From positions 96,001-160,000 of the forward strand of contig JAEOTA010000012.1 of the NCBI GenBank assembly GCA_016840085.1: a stretch of DNA of 64,000 nt, written 5' to 3'. A program made the translations under genes and the position numbers. The first letter of the stretch is position 1; every line of letters begins with the position of its first letter. This document shows positions 21,135-31,239 of this stretch, one piece after another. The notes under the pieces were generated by a model. It saw nothing but the letters and a program-made list of their open reading frames with translations, had not been told where the DNA came from and did no database searches. This DNA is from Promethearchaeota archaeon. Its GTDB lineage: Archaea; Asgardarchaeota; Lokiarchaeia; Sigyniarchaeales; SOKP01.

Positions 21135-21428
21135 TTACGCATAAAAACACAAGATAAATAACATGATTGCCAAATATATACCTACAAAAATATAAATAAA
21201 TCTAGCAAAACCGAACAAAAGTTGAAAAAACAAGAGGTTTTCTATACCTAAGAAAAGTAATGATTTATATAACGTGTTCAATAAAACTAAGAGAGGAATT
21301 AGAACAATAAGATAAAGTCCGAAAGAAAAAAACATAATTAATTGATCTGTTGCGATTACATTATACGCAAAGAGAAGTATATAAAAACCAAGTATTATTA
21401 ATATTTCAAGTATTAATATTTCGAGCAA
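21135..21428 (-). CDS. Small 3-TM membrane protein
   Basis: Almost entirely hydrophobic 97 aa; overlaps the upstream gene. Confidence 0.7.
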   Translation of the reverse strand: MLEILILEILIILGFYILLFAYNVIATDQLIMFFSFGLYLIVLIPLLVLLNTLYKSLLFLGIENLLFFQLLFGFARFIYIFVGIYLAIMLFILCFYA

Positions 21429-22176
21429 TTTTATCCAACTTATTCATAATTTTTGAGGTAATTTGAAAAATAGTTTGAGCAGATCTATTTTGTTCGGCAA
21501 ATCGATATTGTTGTGCTAGATAAGAAGAATACTGTATCGCTTCCTCATAGAAGGCAAATTCAAGTTCCCTTTCTTCTATTTCAAACAATAAATCGTTAAC
21601 ATCGAAATATTTGATCCCTAAAAACTCCGCTAATCGTAAGAAAAGATAATTGATAAGGGTATTACAGCCCTCTATTACGGCAGAAGAATATCCAATTCGA
21701 TAATGATTCTCTAATTCTTGGAAACGGTGTGTTAATTTATCCAATTCAAGATTCGGCTTTGTCGGAGTATATTCTAGACTTCTACTATTCGGTGTGCGCT
21801 TTTGATATCGTAAAGAATTAGACTGATAGCTAGAAGTAGATGGTAATTGCCTATTATTCTGGATGGGTGACATTTCTCTTCTCTGATGTCTACCCCCTAT
21901 ATTAAGATTTTCGACATTTTCGATATTTTTAATATTAATATTATAATTTTCAGGACGATATTGTTTTCTTTTTTGGCGTTTCGCCTTACGTTTGCGATAT
22001 GATTTTATTGCTTTTTTTATGCTTTTTTTGATATCTTTCTTTTTTCTTTTTACAATTGGTTTAAAAATGTGCTTATACCAAGGTGCAAACTTATATTCTT
22101 TCCAATCATTAAACTTTTCTTTTTTTTCTCGTAATTTCTCAGACATGCTTTTTTTTTCATATTCCATACTATTCAC
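21406..22176 (-). CDS. Hypothetical protein with a highly basic N-terminal half
   Basis: K/R-rich tract, disordered linker, helical C-terminal domain. Confidence 0.75.
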   Translation of the reverse strand: MNSMEYEKKSMSEKLREKKEKFNDWKEYKFAPWYKHIFKPIVKRKKKDIKKSIKKAIKSYRKRKAKRQKRKQYRPENYNINIKNIENVENLNIGGRHQRREMSPIQNNRQLPSTSSYQSNSLRYQKRTPNSRSLEYTPTKPNLELDKLTHRFQELENHYRIGYSSAVIEGCNTLINYLFLRLAEFLGIKYFDVNDLLFEIEERELEFAFYEEAIQYSSYLAQQYRFAEQNRSAQTIFQITSKIMNKLDKIARNINT

Positions 22177-22177
22177 C

Positions 22178-22552
22178 TTATAATATTACATCGAATTGGT
22201 CATTAAAGCGTTTAAAAAACAATTCTAAACCAAGTTTGGTATTTTCCAAATCTTTATCTCTTTTTCTGACTAAAACCGTCTCAATTAACGTCAAAATTAG
22301 GTCAAAATCCCTAAGAGTTAAAACAGAATTCGTGTAATTCATATCATTTCCCTCAGTTAAATTATATTGTTCATATAATTTATCTATTATTCTTAAAATA
22401 TCCTTGTTTAATCTCGTTTGCACTTTATCGTCAAATGTATACCAGAATTCGTGATAGAGCTTCTCCACAGAAATAATAAGATTTTCAATATTGGAAATTT
22501 TGAATATTGAAAATGAGGCTTTTTTTTTTGTATCTTTATCATATAATTTCAT
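22178..22552 (-). CDS. Hypothetical protein
   Basis: Operonic ORF. Confidence 0.7.
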   Translation of the reverse strand: MKLYDKDTKKKASFSIFKISNIENLIISVEKLYHEFWYTFDDKVQTRLNKDILRIIDKLYEQYNLTEGNDMNYTNSVLTLRDFDLILTLIETVLVRKRDKDLENTKLGLELFFKRFNDQFDVIL

Positions 22553-22559
22553 TTATTTA

Positions 22560-22967
22560 CTATTCCCTCTCATTAGTTTTGTGTGATTCAGGAAAACAAT
22601 CAGATATATATTTTAGGGCGGTGTGAGACTCATATTCTTTATTAAGGATATCTTTCATTATCTTCATACATTTTGACGTAAAACTCTTCTTAGAGATCGA
22701 ACGCTTTAGAGACTTTATTTTCTTTTTTATTTCTTTTAGCTCAGACACATACATAATACCTGTCTTAAAGGGATTAATCTTTGAATCAAATGGAATCTCG
22801 TATCTAAGAACATCTGATATTTTCTCTATTAAACTTGGTATCTTTTCACCTTGTTTTTCTCTAATCTTTTGGTTATTGCGATAAATCTCCATTAGAGTTT
22901 TCAAAAGATTCTGAAAAGGTTTTATTTCGAATATAACCCATTTAATTTCACATTTTCTCATCATCAT
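22560..22967 (-). CDS. Hypothetical protein
   Basis: Operonic ORF, ATGA overlap. Confidence 0.7.
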   Translation of the reverse strand: MMMRKCEIKWVIFEIKPFQNLLKTLMEIYRNNQKIREKQGEKIPSLIEKISDVLRYEIPFDSKINPFKTGIMYVSELKEIKKKIKSLKRSISKKSFTSKCMKIMKDILNKEYESHTALKYISDCFPESHKTNERE

Positions 22968-23659
22968 CGCTCTTGTTGTCTATAATAAATATCTTCAATA
23001 TTTTTATGTCGCCCGTATTTTTTGTTGAGCATCTCTCTTACCAGTTCATCATCGCTCTTCATAAGTAATTCTTTATTTGTTATTTTCTTCTTTAATTGCT
23101 TAATCTCTTTTTTAATATCTTTTAAATCAGAGGATTTTGCAGACCTACCTCTTTTACCTCGCCTTCCTCTCTTTCCTCTTTTACCCCTTTTAGGTTTGTC
23201 CCTTTTTCTTTTATCTTTTTTTCGTTCTATATCTTTTTTATCATCTGTATCTTCCTTATCATCTCTTTTTTTTCCATCATCTTTATCTTCCCTTCGTTTT
23301 CTATCAAGCTCTTCGCCTTTAATATCTCTTTCTGAAGGAGTATCTTCTATTTGCTTATGCTCCTTTTCTCCCAAATATTCATTATAGTTCTTATCCTCTT
23401 GGATATTTTCTAAATCTGTATCAGATAATGATTCTCTTTCTTCCAAAGGCTCATATGTATTATCATTTTCGAAGAATTTCATAGATTCTTCCTCTGAAAG
23501 TGGTTCATACTTATCGGACTCTTTATCAGAATCATTATCAAATAGACTCTCGTCTGTTTCATCGAAATCCTTATCATCCTCATTATCGAAAAGATCTTCT
23601 GAATCTTCTTCAAAAAAGTCATCCGTATTATCATCATAATCTTCTTCAAAATCAGCCAT
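22964..23659 (-). CDS. Charge-segregated low-complexity protein (acidic N-terminus, KRG-repeat basic tract)
   Basis: D/E/F-rich first half; KRGKRGKRGRRGKRGRS; short coiled coil. Confidence 0.8.
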   Translation of the reverse strand: MADFEEDYDDNTDDFFEEDSEDLFDNEDDKDFDETDESLFDNDSDKESDKYEPLSEEESMKFFENDNTYEPLEERESLSDTDLENIQEDKNYNEYLGEKEHKQIEDTPSERDIKGEELDRKRREDKDDGKKRDDKEDTDDKKDIERKKDKRKRDKPKRGKRGKRGRRGKRGRSAKSSDLKDIKKEIKQLKKKITNKELLMKSDDELVREMLNKKYGRHKNIEDIYYRQQER

Positions 23660-23730
23660 TTTAATATACCCTTATAATTCTTTATCTACTTTTGTTGTTT
23701 TGAAATAATCTTAAATACACCTTGAAATTT

Positions 23731-26355
23731 TCAATCTGTTTTAGCAAAAAAATTATCATAAGATAATTCCTTTCTTTTTTTACGTTTGTAAACAAAATCT
23801 TCAGTTTTGAAAAGATACGAATATGAACCGTCTTTTGCCATACAAATCCGTTTATCTAAACGAGAAATTAATTCTTGTTCTTTTAAATCATTAGTGAAAT
23901 TCTGAGTGCTTGCAATAGACTGCTGAAATAAGAAGAACAAACAAGGAATATTGATTACAGATTCGTATAACCCCACGCTTGTTTGATCAGCTAATATATG
24001 CCCCACTCCTTTCGAGCGAAACTCACGAATTAACTGTGAAAAAATCTTCCTGAAAGAATCCATTGCAATATAATCATCATCTTCAGGATTAACATTTTTA
24101 GGCTCTTCTGTTAATTGATGTGCTTCATCTAATACTATAATTTGTTTTAGAGTGTCCTGTTCTTTATCTGGAATAAGGGCCCTAAACATTTGTAATATTA
24201 ATGTTGCTAACAATCGCTTTTCAGTAGGTTTGCATCCTGCTAAATTAATCATTACTTTTCTTCCGTTATATACAACGTCCTCAAACCATTTAGGTATTTT
24301 ATCTTCTGTTCTTAATGCATAGTTTATCAAAGGAGTTGAGAAAAGTTGAGTATATCTATGTTTTATTGCTTGCACTAATCTCATCTGAAGCCGTGTATCA
24401 TAAGGATTTTTATCTAAATACCGTAAAAGCTCACTAAAAAGATGTTTGATATGCTTTGGTACTTTGAAATAAGTGTTATAATATAATAACAGTGTATTGT
24501 ATATTGCATCAACAACAACATTCTTTAAACCAAGTGAATAAACAAGGCATTCTGATATTTCAAATAGACAACGGAGAAAATTATCGTTAAAAACAGCATA
24601 CGGAATGTGAAGTCTCTCGTCTCCCCAATCTAAGCAATAATCTGAAGGATATAATTCAGATTGTTTTCCTTTAGCAAGATTAATTATCAATATACCTACA
24701 TTTAGATTATATTTAATGAAATGATTCAATATAACACCTATTAAATATGTTTTTCCAGTATCAGGTTTACCGATCATTAGAACGGAACGTCTTAATGACT
24801 CAGTTGAGATTGTTGCTTTTTTCTCAGAAACGATTCCGTCCATGATATGGTTTCCAATGATAATTTCAGAAGGATCTCCTTTTGGTATTTTCTTAAGGTC
24901 AAAACTCTGAAGTTCATAAATAAACTTTTTAGGTATAGGTAATTCTTTAGCAAGATCAAAATCGAGTAAATAAGAAGTGATATACTGCCCAAAGTAAAAG
25001 TTTAATGTATAGATATCGATAAATACACCTTTTCTTACTCGCTTTAGTTTTGCGGGTCGTTTATCATTTCTTCCTGCAATTGCCAAACTTTCTAATATGC
25101 CTTCGATCATATTTTTTCGATTTTTTTCCAGGGGAACATTTTTGAAACTAACAAAAATTTTTACTTTTTGCAACTCATCTTGCCACATTCGTGAAAAATT
25201 CATACGTTCTTCCTTATCGCGATATTCAAGAAAGTTGGCTTTTTCTCTTATTCGGATAATCTTTTTCTTTCGTCCTTTTTTCCATAATATATATAGATTT
25301 ATATCTTCAGAAGTAGTTCTGAAGGCATTAATAAAACTCTGTATAATTTTAATCTTTTCTATATATGGTGGTCTCGGAAGCTTAATTTCATAAAAATAAT
25401 CATGATTTACTGAGAATAATTCGTTCCGAGTCATGGGAATTATATTTATTTCTGCATCCAATCCACGATATTTGACCTGTAATTCTGCTTTAAGGGTCTG
25501 TCCTCTTTTAATTGCTAATTTTTCTGAATGTGAATTAAAAAAAAATGAAAACTTGAAATCGTTATGGCATTTAACTTCAATCCCATACACACTGTTATTT
25601 CCCAATAAATCCTTTATCCAACTCTCATAATAATCATATTGATATTTTTTATTGTCTGATTCATGTTCTAAGGCTACTTGAGTAATTGTGATTTTGCTTT
25701 GCCAAAATAAGATCTTTTTAAGATGTGAGTTAGAACTTGCTCCTTTCAAGAAACACAATTGAATACTGTGAAAATACGAATATAATAATCTGTAAACTGG
25801 TTCATAAAAAAACAGAGTTAAAAAAGATTGAAGAATAATTGAATAAATAACAACTTCAATAAAGCCTTGAATAGTGGCAAAATAAAATAAAAACGACAGC
25901 GAAATAACACCACTTAGAAATTTGATGATAAATTCTATTTCTGGTGTAAATACTATTAGAAAAATAATAGTGAGTATTAAAATAGTAATAGAACTGTAAA
26001 AGAAATCCCCATTTATAGTTAAAACTATGATATGACAAAAAAAGGCGATAATTAAAGGATATACCCTTGCTAAATCGACTCTTTTATTACTATTATTTAA
26101 GAAATAAAGAGCTATACAAAATGTAAATATTAGAGCCCTTTCACATTCAAAGATCGTTATAAATGTTGGATCATCATAATTCATAATATGAATGCGTATT
26201 ATTGAAAACAGAATTACGAAAAGAAAGAGTATAAACAAAAGAAAAATGCGACTCCTCCCTTTTTCTACTAGAAATGAATGGATAAAACTAACGATTAGAA
26301 TAATTATAAGAAGGATAGCAATAGAATCAAATAAAGTAAATATCATATCATACAC
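23731..26355 (-). CDS. Membrane-anchored HerA/FtsK/VirB4-VirD4 superfamily ATPase
   Basis: About 6 N-terminal TM helices; Walker A GKPDTGKT; Walker B IVLDEAH; REFRSKGVGHILADQ. Confidence 0.88.
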   Translation of the reverse strand: MYDMIFTLFDSIAILLIIILIVSFIHSFLVEKGRSRIFLLFILFLFVILFSIIRIHIMNYDDPTFITIFECERALIFTFCIALYFLNNSNKRVDLARVYPLIIAFFCHIIVLTINGDFFYSSITILILTIIFLIVFTPEIEFIIKFLSGVISLSFLFYFATIQGFIEVVIYSIILQSFLTLFFYEPVYRLLYSYFHSIQLCFLKGASSNSHLKKILFWQSKITITQVALEHESDNKKYQYDYYESWIKDLLGNNSVYGIEVKCHNDFKFSFFFNSHSEKLAIKRGQTLKAELQVKYRGLDAEINIIPMTRNELFSVNHDYFYEIKLPRPPYIEKIKIIQSFINAFRTTSEDINLYILWKKGRKKKIIRIREKANFLEYRDKEERMNFSRMWQDELQKVKIFVSFKNVPLEKNRKNMIEGILESLAIAGRNDKRPAKLKRVRKGVFIDIYTLNFYFGQYITSYLLDFDLAKELPIPKKFIYELQSFDLKKIPKGDPSEIIIGNHIMDGIVSEKKATISTESLRRSVLMIGKPDTGKTYLIGVILNHFIKYNLNVGILIINLAKGKQSELYPSDYCLDWGDERLHIPYAVFNDNFLRCLFEISECLVYSLGLKNVVVDAIYNTLLLYYNTYFKVPKHIKHLFSELLRYLDKNPYDTRLQMRLVQAIKHRYTQLFSTPLINYALRTEDKIPKWFEDVVYNGRKVMINLAGCKPTEKRLLATLILQMFRALIPDKEQDTLKQIIVLDEAHQLTEEPKNVNPEDDDYIAMDSFRKIFSQLIREFRSKGVGHILADQTSVGLYESVINIPCLFFLFQQSIASTQNFTNDLKEQELISRLDKRICMAKDGSYSYLFKTEDFVYKRKKRKELSYDNFFAKTD

Positions 26356-26666
26356 TTATCAGGTCCTTATATACTTATTGTCGACATGTAATTATAAAAA
26401 CCAATTGAATTTAATAAAAACCTATAACCGAATATTAATCTCTTTTGATATGATTTCTATTGTTTGCTAATACATTTCATACAATTCACTGTAAGATTTT
26501 TTTTAGCTTTTAATAATTTTCCTTAACGCGAAGTGAATCAAGGAAAATGGGAGTGAAGAATTTGCGGATATACTACTCATCTAATAATCATATGTTTAGC
26601 ATACTGAGAGATAAATAATAATCAATTTAAATGGGAGTTTTTATAATTTTTTTTGGATATTAAGAT

Positions 26667-27095
26667 ATGTCAAACATGTTTATAGGCACTGAATTAGCTT
26701 TTGTTGATATTCTCATTTTGCTTCTTATAACCGTTTTGGATTTTCTCTTTTATTATTATAAAAAGAGATCTAAAGAAGTGAAAATATTGAAATATTCAAT
26801 TCCTACAATTTTGATTGGATTGGTGATACTTTTAGCGGTTAAAGACACGGTTCAGGATTACTTTTTCCTTATATCAATTGGCATGCTTTCTATATTTTAT
26901 ATTTATGTTCTGCAAGCAAATTATAAGCCTTTTAAGAGAAAATCAAAGGGAATAAAATATAATATAACCTCTGAATCAGAACATGATTTTGATTTTAAAA
27001 CTGAGATTGAGCAAGAGGATATTGAAGTTTCTAAAAGCGACTCAGATGAGTTTGATCAATTAATTGAACGAATATACGATAGAGATACCAAATAG
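26667..27095 (+). CDS. 3-TM membrane protein with acidic tail
   Basis: Hydropathy pattern; opposite strand to the operon. Confidence 0.7.
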   Translation: MSNMFIGTELAFVDILILLLITVLDFLFYYYKKRSKEVKILKYSIPTILIGLVILLAVKDTVQDYFFLISIGMLSIFYIYVLQANYKPFKRKSKGIKYNITSESEHDFDFKTEIEQEDIEVSKSDSDEFDQLIERIYDRDTK

Positions 27096-27116
27096 GAAAA
27101 ATAAACCTTTTTCTGC

Positions 27117-27722
27117 TTAAAGCATTTTAAATTTTAGACCATTCATAATTGTGAACGGTAGCGTAAATCCGCATATAATTGATCCTATCAGTCCTATGAT
27201 TATAAAATTGAAAGGCTTCCATTTTGTATGTAAAATCCTTTCATTATAAATAAGCAGAAAGACACCATATGCAAGAAGAAAAAAGCATAATAATGAAATA
27301 AATCCTAAAAAATAAAGAAAGAACTTATCAATTAATAAAACCTCTACCTCTCCCTCTTTAATTTGTGCGTAAAAAAGATCCAAATCCGAACTGAATATAT
27401 ACTTATATATAAATGGAGCAGGAAGAGATGTCGTGAGTGAATCTAGAAGCATAATTAAGATATTAGTTAGGAATAACACCCCAATAACCACACATCCGAT
27501 CATTCCCCCCCTCCCATACTTTTTCGAAGAAGATAAAGCATATGAATGGATCTTTTCATTATTTTCTTTCAGTTTTGAACCTTTATATAACGAATAAAAT
27601 AAAAAGAGAAACCATGCAAAAAAGATGTAATTTCCCAAGAAAAAGACAATTGAAAATAATTGATTAAAGAAATTAAAAACATCATCAAACCATTCGGACA
27701 TATTAGGAAGAACATCTGTCAT
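27117..27722 (-). CDS. 4-TM membrane protein
   Basis: Four hydrophobic segments; lies between the pilin-like ORF and the HerA-like ATPase. Confidence 0.8.
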   Translation of the reverse strand: MTDVLPNMSEWFDDVFNFFNQLFSIVFFLGNYIFFAWFLFLFYSLYKGSKLKENNEKIHSYALSSSKKYGRGGMIGCVVIGVLFLTNILIMLLDSLTTSLPAPFIYKYIFSSDLDLFYAQIKEGEVEVLLIDKFFLYFLGFISLLCFFLLAYGVFLLIYNERILHTKWKPFNFIIIGLIGSIICGFTLPFTIMNGLKFKML

Positions 27723-27744
27723 TTTTTAAAATCACATCATCAAA

Positions 27745-27909
27745 TCAAAAAAACGGCAGTAAACACGCCCCTTCCCCTAAGAAAAATTCACTCAAATTGA
27801 ACATTTCACCAGTAAGAATATCAATTAAGTCTGTAACAATTTTAACTATCAAAAAGAAAACGAAAATCGCGAATGCTATTAACAATCCTTTTTCGATCAA
27901 ACTACCCAA
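27745..27909 (-). CDS. Flp/type IV pilin-like small protein (54 aa; absent from the ORF track)
   Basis: TTG start; MGSLIEKGLLIAFAIFVFFLIVKIVTDLIDIL...; directly downstream of the TadC-like gene. Confidence 0.6.
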   Translation of the reverse strand: MGSLIEKGLLIAFAIFVFFLIVKIVTDLIDILTGEMFNLSEFFLGEGACLLPFF

Positions 27910-27975
27910 TTAAATCAACTTTTTTCCTATATTCATCATAATTGTGAACATAAAATAATTTAAACCAAACCAATT

Positions 27976-29502
27976 TCAAATCAATTCAATCCCAAGAACA
28001 CTAAAGAAGGAAAGAAAGAATGCTAACGCAAACACAATATCACTGAGAATAAGAATTATATAATATGACTTGTATTTTGTAATTTTGAGAAAATAAAAAC
28101 ATGTAATCGAATTGCATGCAAAAAATGTAAGAAACATAACGATTGCATTAATAATATTTGTCATAGAGCGATAGTCAGGAATAGTCATATTAGCAAAATT
28201 TCTTAGATTAAATGTGAATATTGCAAAAAAAGGCAACATTCCGCATATAGCCCCCGTTATCACGGGTAAGAGCAAGATGAAAGCAAGTACTTTGAACCTT
28301 TGAGATCGTATTTCCCCTTCAAACTTATCTTCTAACTTTCGATGTTTATCAATCAAACTTAAAATCTCAAAGATCTTTTCGGAAGATAAATACGCACTTT
28401 CTTCAACCATGATCTTTATCGTATCCAGGATTAAAATATATCTTAAATTCTTCAGGATAAATTTTAAGGAATCTATCATTTCATTGAACGAGCAAGTAAG
28501 TTTTCCCAACTGTATAGCATGATTACCAACAGTATGTTCTAATAGCTGAAATTGAGACTTTTTTTCAGAATAATAATTGATGAACGCTCTTTCAGGAGAG
28601 ATATTGTTGTTTAGCCGAATTGCAAATCCTTCTAAAAATTTTAAAAACTGTTCGAATGTTCTTTTTTCCATTTTTGTTCCTTCTAATATCCCTATAAAGA
28701 AAATATTAATCTTTACAAGTCTACGGCAGAGATATCTAAGTAAGAATAAAAAAATTGGTACAATTACAATTACAAGAAATAAGGGAATTTGCATCATTAA
28801 TACAAAAAAGATTACGCCAATAGGGAAAAATATACCCACAAAAAACACCACCGATAGTTTTCCCTCTAGCCCTTTCAGATAAGTTTTAAATTGCTTTTCT
28901 AATTCATAATCTCTTACACTTTCTTGAATACTAGATGTTTTAAAATGACTAGTAATTAATTTCTGCAAATATAAATTAAAATCGGATGAAGGGGTTAATA
29001 CTTTTTCCAATTCTTTTTCAGGACTTTTCCCCCGCTGCACCTTATCTAAAATTTCTTTGAATAATCCTGAGAACACCAAATCTAACCCACTCATCAACTT
29101 AATAAAGCTTAAACATAAATCCGATCTTGGAGTAAGGACTTTTTGCAAGAGTGAGAAATTAATTTTTATGAAATATATTGAAGCGTTAATCGACACCTCA
29201 TCTTTATTGATTCTTTTGTAAAGATATAGATTGAAATTATACGCCACTATTACTGCAATACAGAGAGAACAGACACTATTAATCAAAATATCATTTCCTA
29301 ACAATAGAAAAGAGATTAATATTGAACCGATAAGCGAGATTATGAAAATAATGGTTGTTGCTTTATCGATTGCCGATTTACTAACTCCATATTCTCGATA
29401 CAGTTTTCTATAAACATCATTGATATCTTTAAAACTAATTTTGGGAATCTGGTATCTCTCGAATCTATTACAAAATCTTACAAAATCTTGAATATCAGTC
29501 AA
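27976..29502 (-). CDS. TadC/FlaJ-like (T2SS F family) membrane platform protein
   Basis: Two repeats of a cytoplasmic domain plus TM block; VQRGKSPEKEL and LNNNISPERAF motifs. Confidence 0.8.
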   Translation of the reverse strand: MTDIQDFVRFCNRFERYQIPKISFKDINDVYRKLYREYGVSKSAIDKATTIIFIISLIGSILISFLLLGNDILINSVCSLCIAVIVAYNFNLYLYKRINKDEVSINASIYFIKINFSLLQKVLTPRSDLCLSFIKLMSGLDLVFSGLFKEILDKVQRGKSPEKELEKVLTPSSDFNLYLQKLITSHFKTSSIQESVRDYELEKQFKTYLKGLEGKLSVVFFVGIFFPIGVIFFVLMMQIPLFLVIVIVPIFLFLLRYLCRRLVKINIFFIGILEGTKMEKRTFEQFLKFLEGFAIRLNNNISPERAFINYYSEKKSQFQLLEHTVGNHAIQLGKLTCSFNEMIDSLKFILKNLRYILILDTIKIMVEESAYLSSEKIFEILSLIDKHRKLEDKFEGEIRSQRFKVLAFILLLPVITGAICGMLPFFAIFTFNLRNFANMTIPDYRSMTNIINAIVMFLTFFACNSITCFYFLKITKYKSYYIILILSDIVFALAFFLSFFSVLGIELI

Positions 29503-29564
29503 ATAAATTCCTATTAATATTTTTATATACTTTCATAAAAATATGTTAAAAATTCCCCCATTTT

Positions 29565-29855
29565 TTATGATGTTTTAGCTTTGAAATCCTTTTTTAAACG
29601 CTCATATTGTTCAATTCCCGCTAGGGCACCTTGTAATAAATGATAGATTTCATTCATACGCATAAACTCAGTAAAATAGGGGCAGAAATTCTGACCTTGC
29701 AACCCCTTCTTCTCAAATTTAGTGGAAAACACCAGTTTATATAATCTTCTTTTATCATGTTTGTAGGGGTAAAGATTAAGCGAATTTCGAGGCAAATCTA
29801 ACATTTTTTCGATAAGGGAAATCTTATTTAAAAGCATTTGTTTAGTATATTTCAT
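29565..29855 (-). CDS. Hypothetical protein
   Basis: 96-aa ORF. Confidence 0.6.
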   Translation of the reverse strand: MKYTKQMLLNKISLIEKMLDLPRNSLNLYPYKHDKRRLYKLVFSTKFEKKGLQGQNFCPYFTEFMRMNEIYHLLQGALAGIEQYERLKKDFKAKTS

Positions 29856-29971
29856 TTTTTTTTATCTTCTTTTTATTTCATCTATCTTATCATCTTAAAA
29901 AAGACATAAAAATCCAACCTCTTTTTATCATTTTTAGAGAGGTTTTTAAGTTGAATGTAGAATGATAATAT

Positions 29972-30313
29972 ATGATAGAAGGCAAAAATTTACTTGAATT
30001 AATTCTTACATATGATCACTTTTTATCCCCTATTCAATACAAAATATTAGAGGTGTTATGGGAGCATGAAGATCTCACACGAGCGGATTTAGTTAAACTT
30101 TTAAATACACCAAGAACAACCGTTTATGATAATCTTGTTAAACTTGAGAAAATGGGCTTTATTAAAAACTTTACAAGAGATACAGGTATAAAAGGACGAC
30201 CCAAAGTCTATTGGGCTCTTAATTATATAACCCTTCTAAAAAAATTATCAGAAATTAAAAAAGAATCAAAAATAAAAAGGCGACTAAAGAGTGGACAATC
30301 TTTACGAAATTGA
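29972..30313 (+). CDS. TrmB-like winged-helix regulator
   Basis: LTRADLVKLLNTPRTTVYDNLVKLEKMGFI...KGRPKVYW. Confidence 0.85.
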   Translation: MIEGKNLLELILTYDHFLSPIQYKILEVLWEHEDLTRADLVKLLNTPRTTVYDNLVKLEKMGFIKNFTRDTGIKGRPKVYWALNYITLLKKLSEIKKESKIKRRLKSGQSLRN

Positions 30314-30797
30314 TTTAGAACAGTTCTGTATTAATAAGCACGCGTTTTATGAGAAAATAGTTGAAATTATATCAAGAAACTATGGATGGGTTAATTTTAA
30401 AAAAGCCGTATTTGACTCGGAAGTGGAAAGGGATTATGCGTTATTTGAACTTGAGCAGGAGTTTGGAGTTGCAGGTAAAGAGATAAAAGAATTTCAAAAT
30501 GATGCAAAGGTGCTTTATGAGACATTTCGAGAGCTAATTTTTCCCGATAAAGAATTATCTGTAAAAGAGCAAAAAAAATTAAAAGACCTGTTATTAGAAA
30601 TAATTTTATTAGATGAATCAGAAATATATTATCTTGTAGGAATTTCAACCACTTCAATTCTTAAAAAACAGCGAAGAGAAACCTTTAAGGAGCTTGAAAA
30701 TATTTCAAAGCTAAAAAATCCATATATAAAACAAAAACTCAAAAAAGTATACAAAATTGATAACAAGATAAATAAAATATTTCTAAAGAAAGTATAA
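30291..30797 (+). CDS. Hypothetical protein
   Basis: 168-aa ORF overlapping the wHTH gene. Confidence 0.65.
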   Translation: MDNLYEIDLEQFCINKHAFYEKIVEIISRNYGWVNFKKAVFDSEVERDYALFELEQEFGVAGKEIKEFQNDAKVLYETFRELIFPDKELSVKEQKKLKDLLLEIILLDESEIYYLVGISTTSILKKQRRETFKELENISKLKNPYIKQKLKKVYKIDNKINKIFLKKV

Positions 30798-30799
30798 AA

Positions 30800-31102
30800 T
30801 CAATCCTCTTTTTTCTGTATATCGACAGCAATCATTTGCCCCTCTTTTAAATTGAACAATTCTACGATCTCTTTCTTCACAGTAATACCTCTAGAGGTTT
30901 GACCCGCTTTCACAACTGTGCTGGGCATAGGTATTACAGGATCTAATTCCTTCATTTTGTTCCCTTCTTCAAATATTCCATAAATAAATATTTTTAGTGT
31001 ATCCCCAGAATTAATATTTAAACTTTCTCTAACAGTAGGAGAAATCAAAAACCTGAGTGATTTCCCTTTTGGGTTTTTTAATGATACTATATCTTTCATC
31101 AT
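30800..31102 (-). CDS. Tandem AbrB/MazE-like DNA-binding protein
   Basis: GKSLRFLISPTVRESLNINSGD and GQTSRGITVKKEIVELFNLKEGQ. Confidence 0.8.
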   Translation of the reverse strand: MMKDIVSLKNPKGKSLRFLISPTVRESLNINSGDTLKIFIYGIFEEGNKMKELDPVIPMPSTVVKAGQTSRGITVKKEIVELFNLKEGQMIAVDIQKKED

Positions 31103-31239
31103 ACCAATTTTTTTGTTTGTTACATATTGTTACATAATTATTTTACGATACTTATAAAGATAATCCCCTTATTTCTCAAGCACACTCCGACAAAGCCCGA
31201 CTCTATCTTGCGAATACCAGATAAAGAATGACAAAAAGC

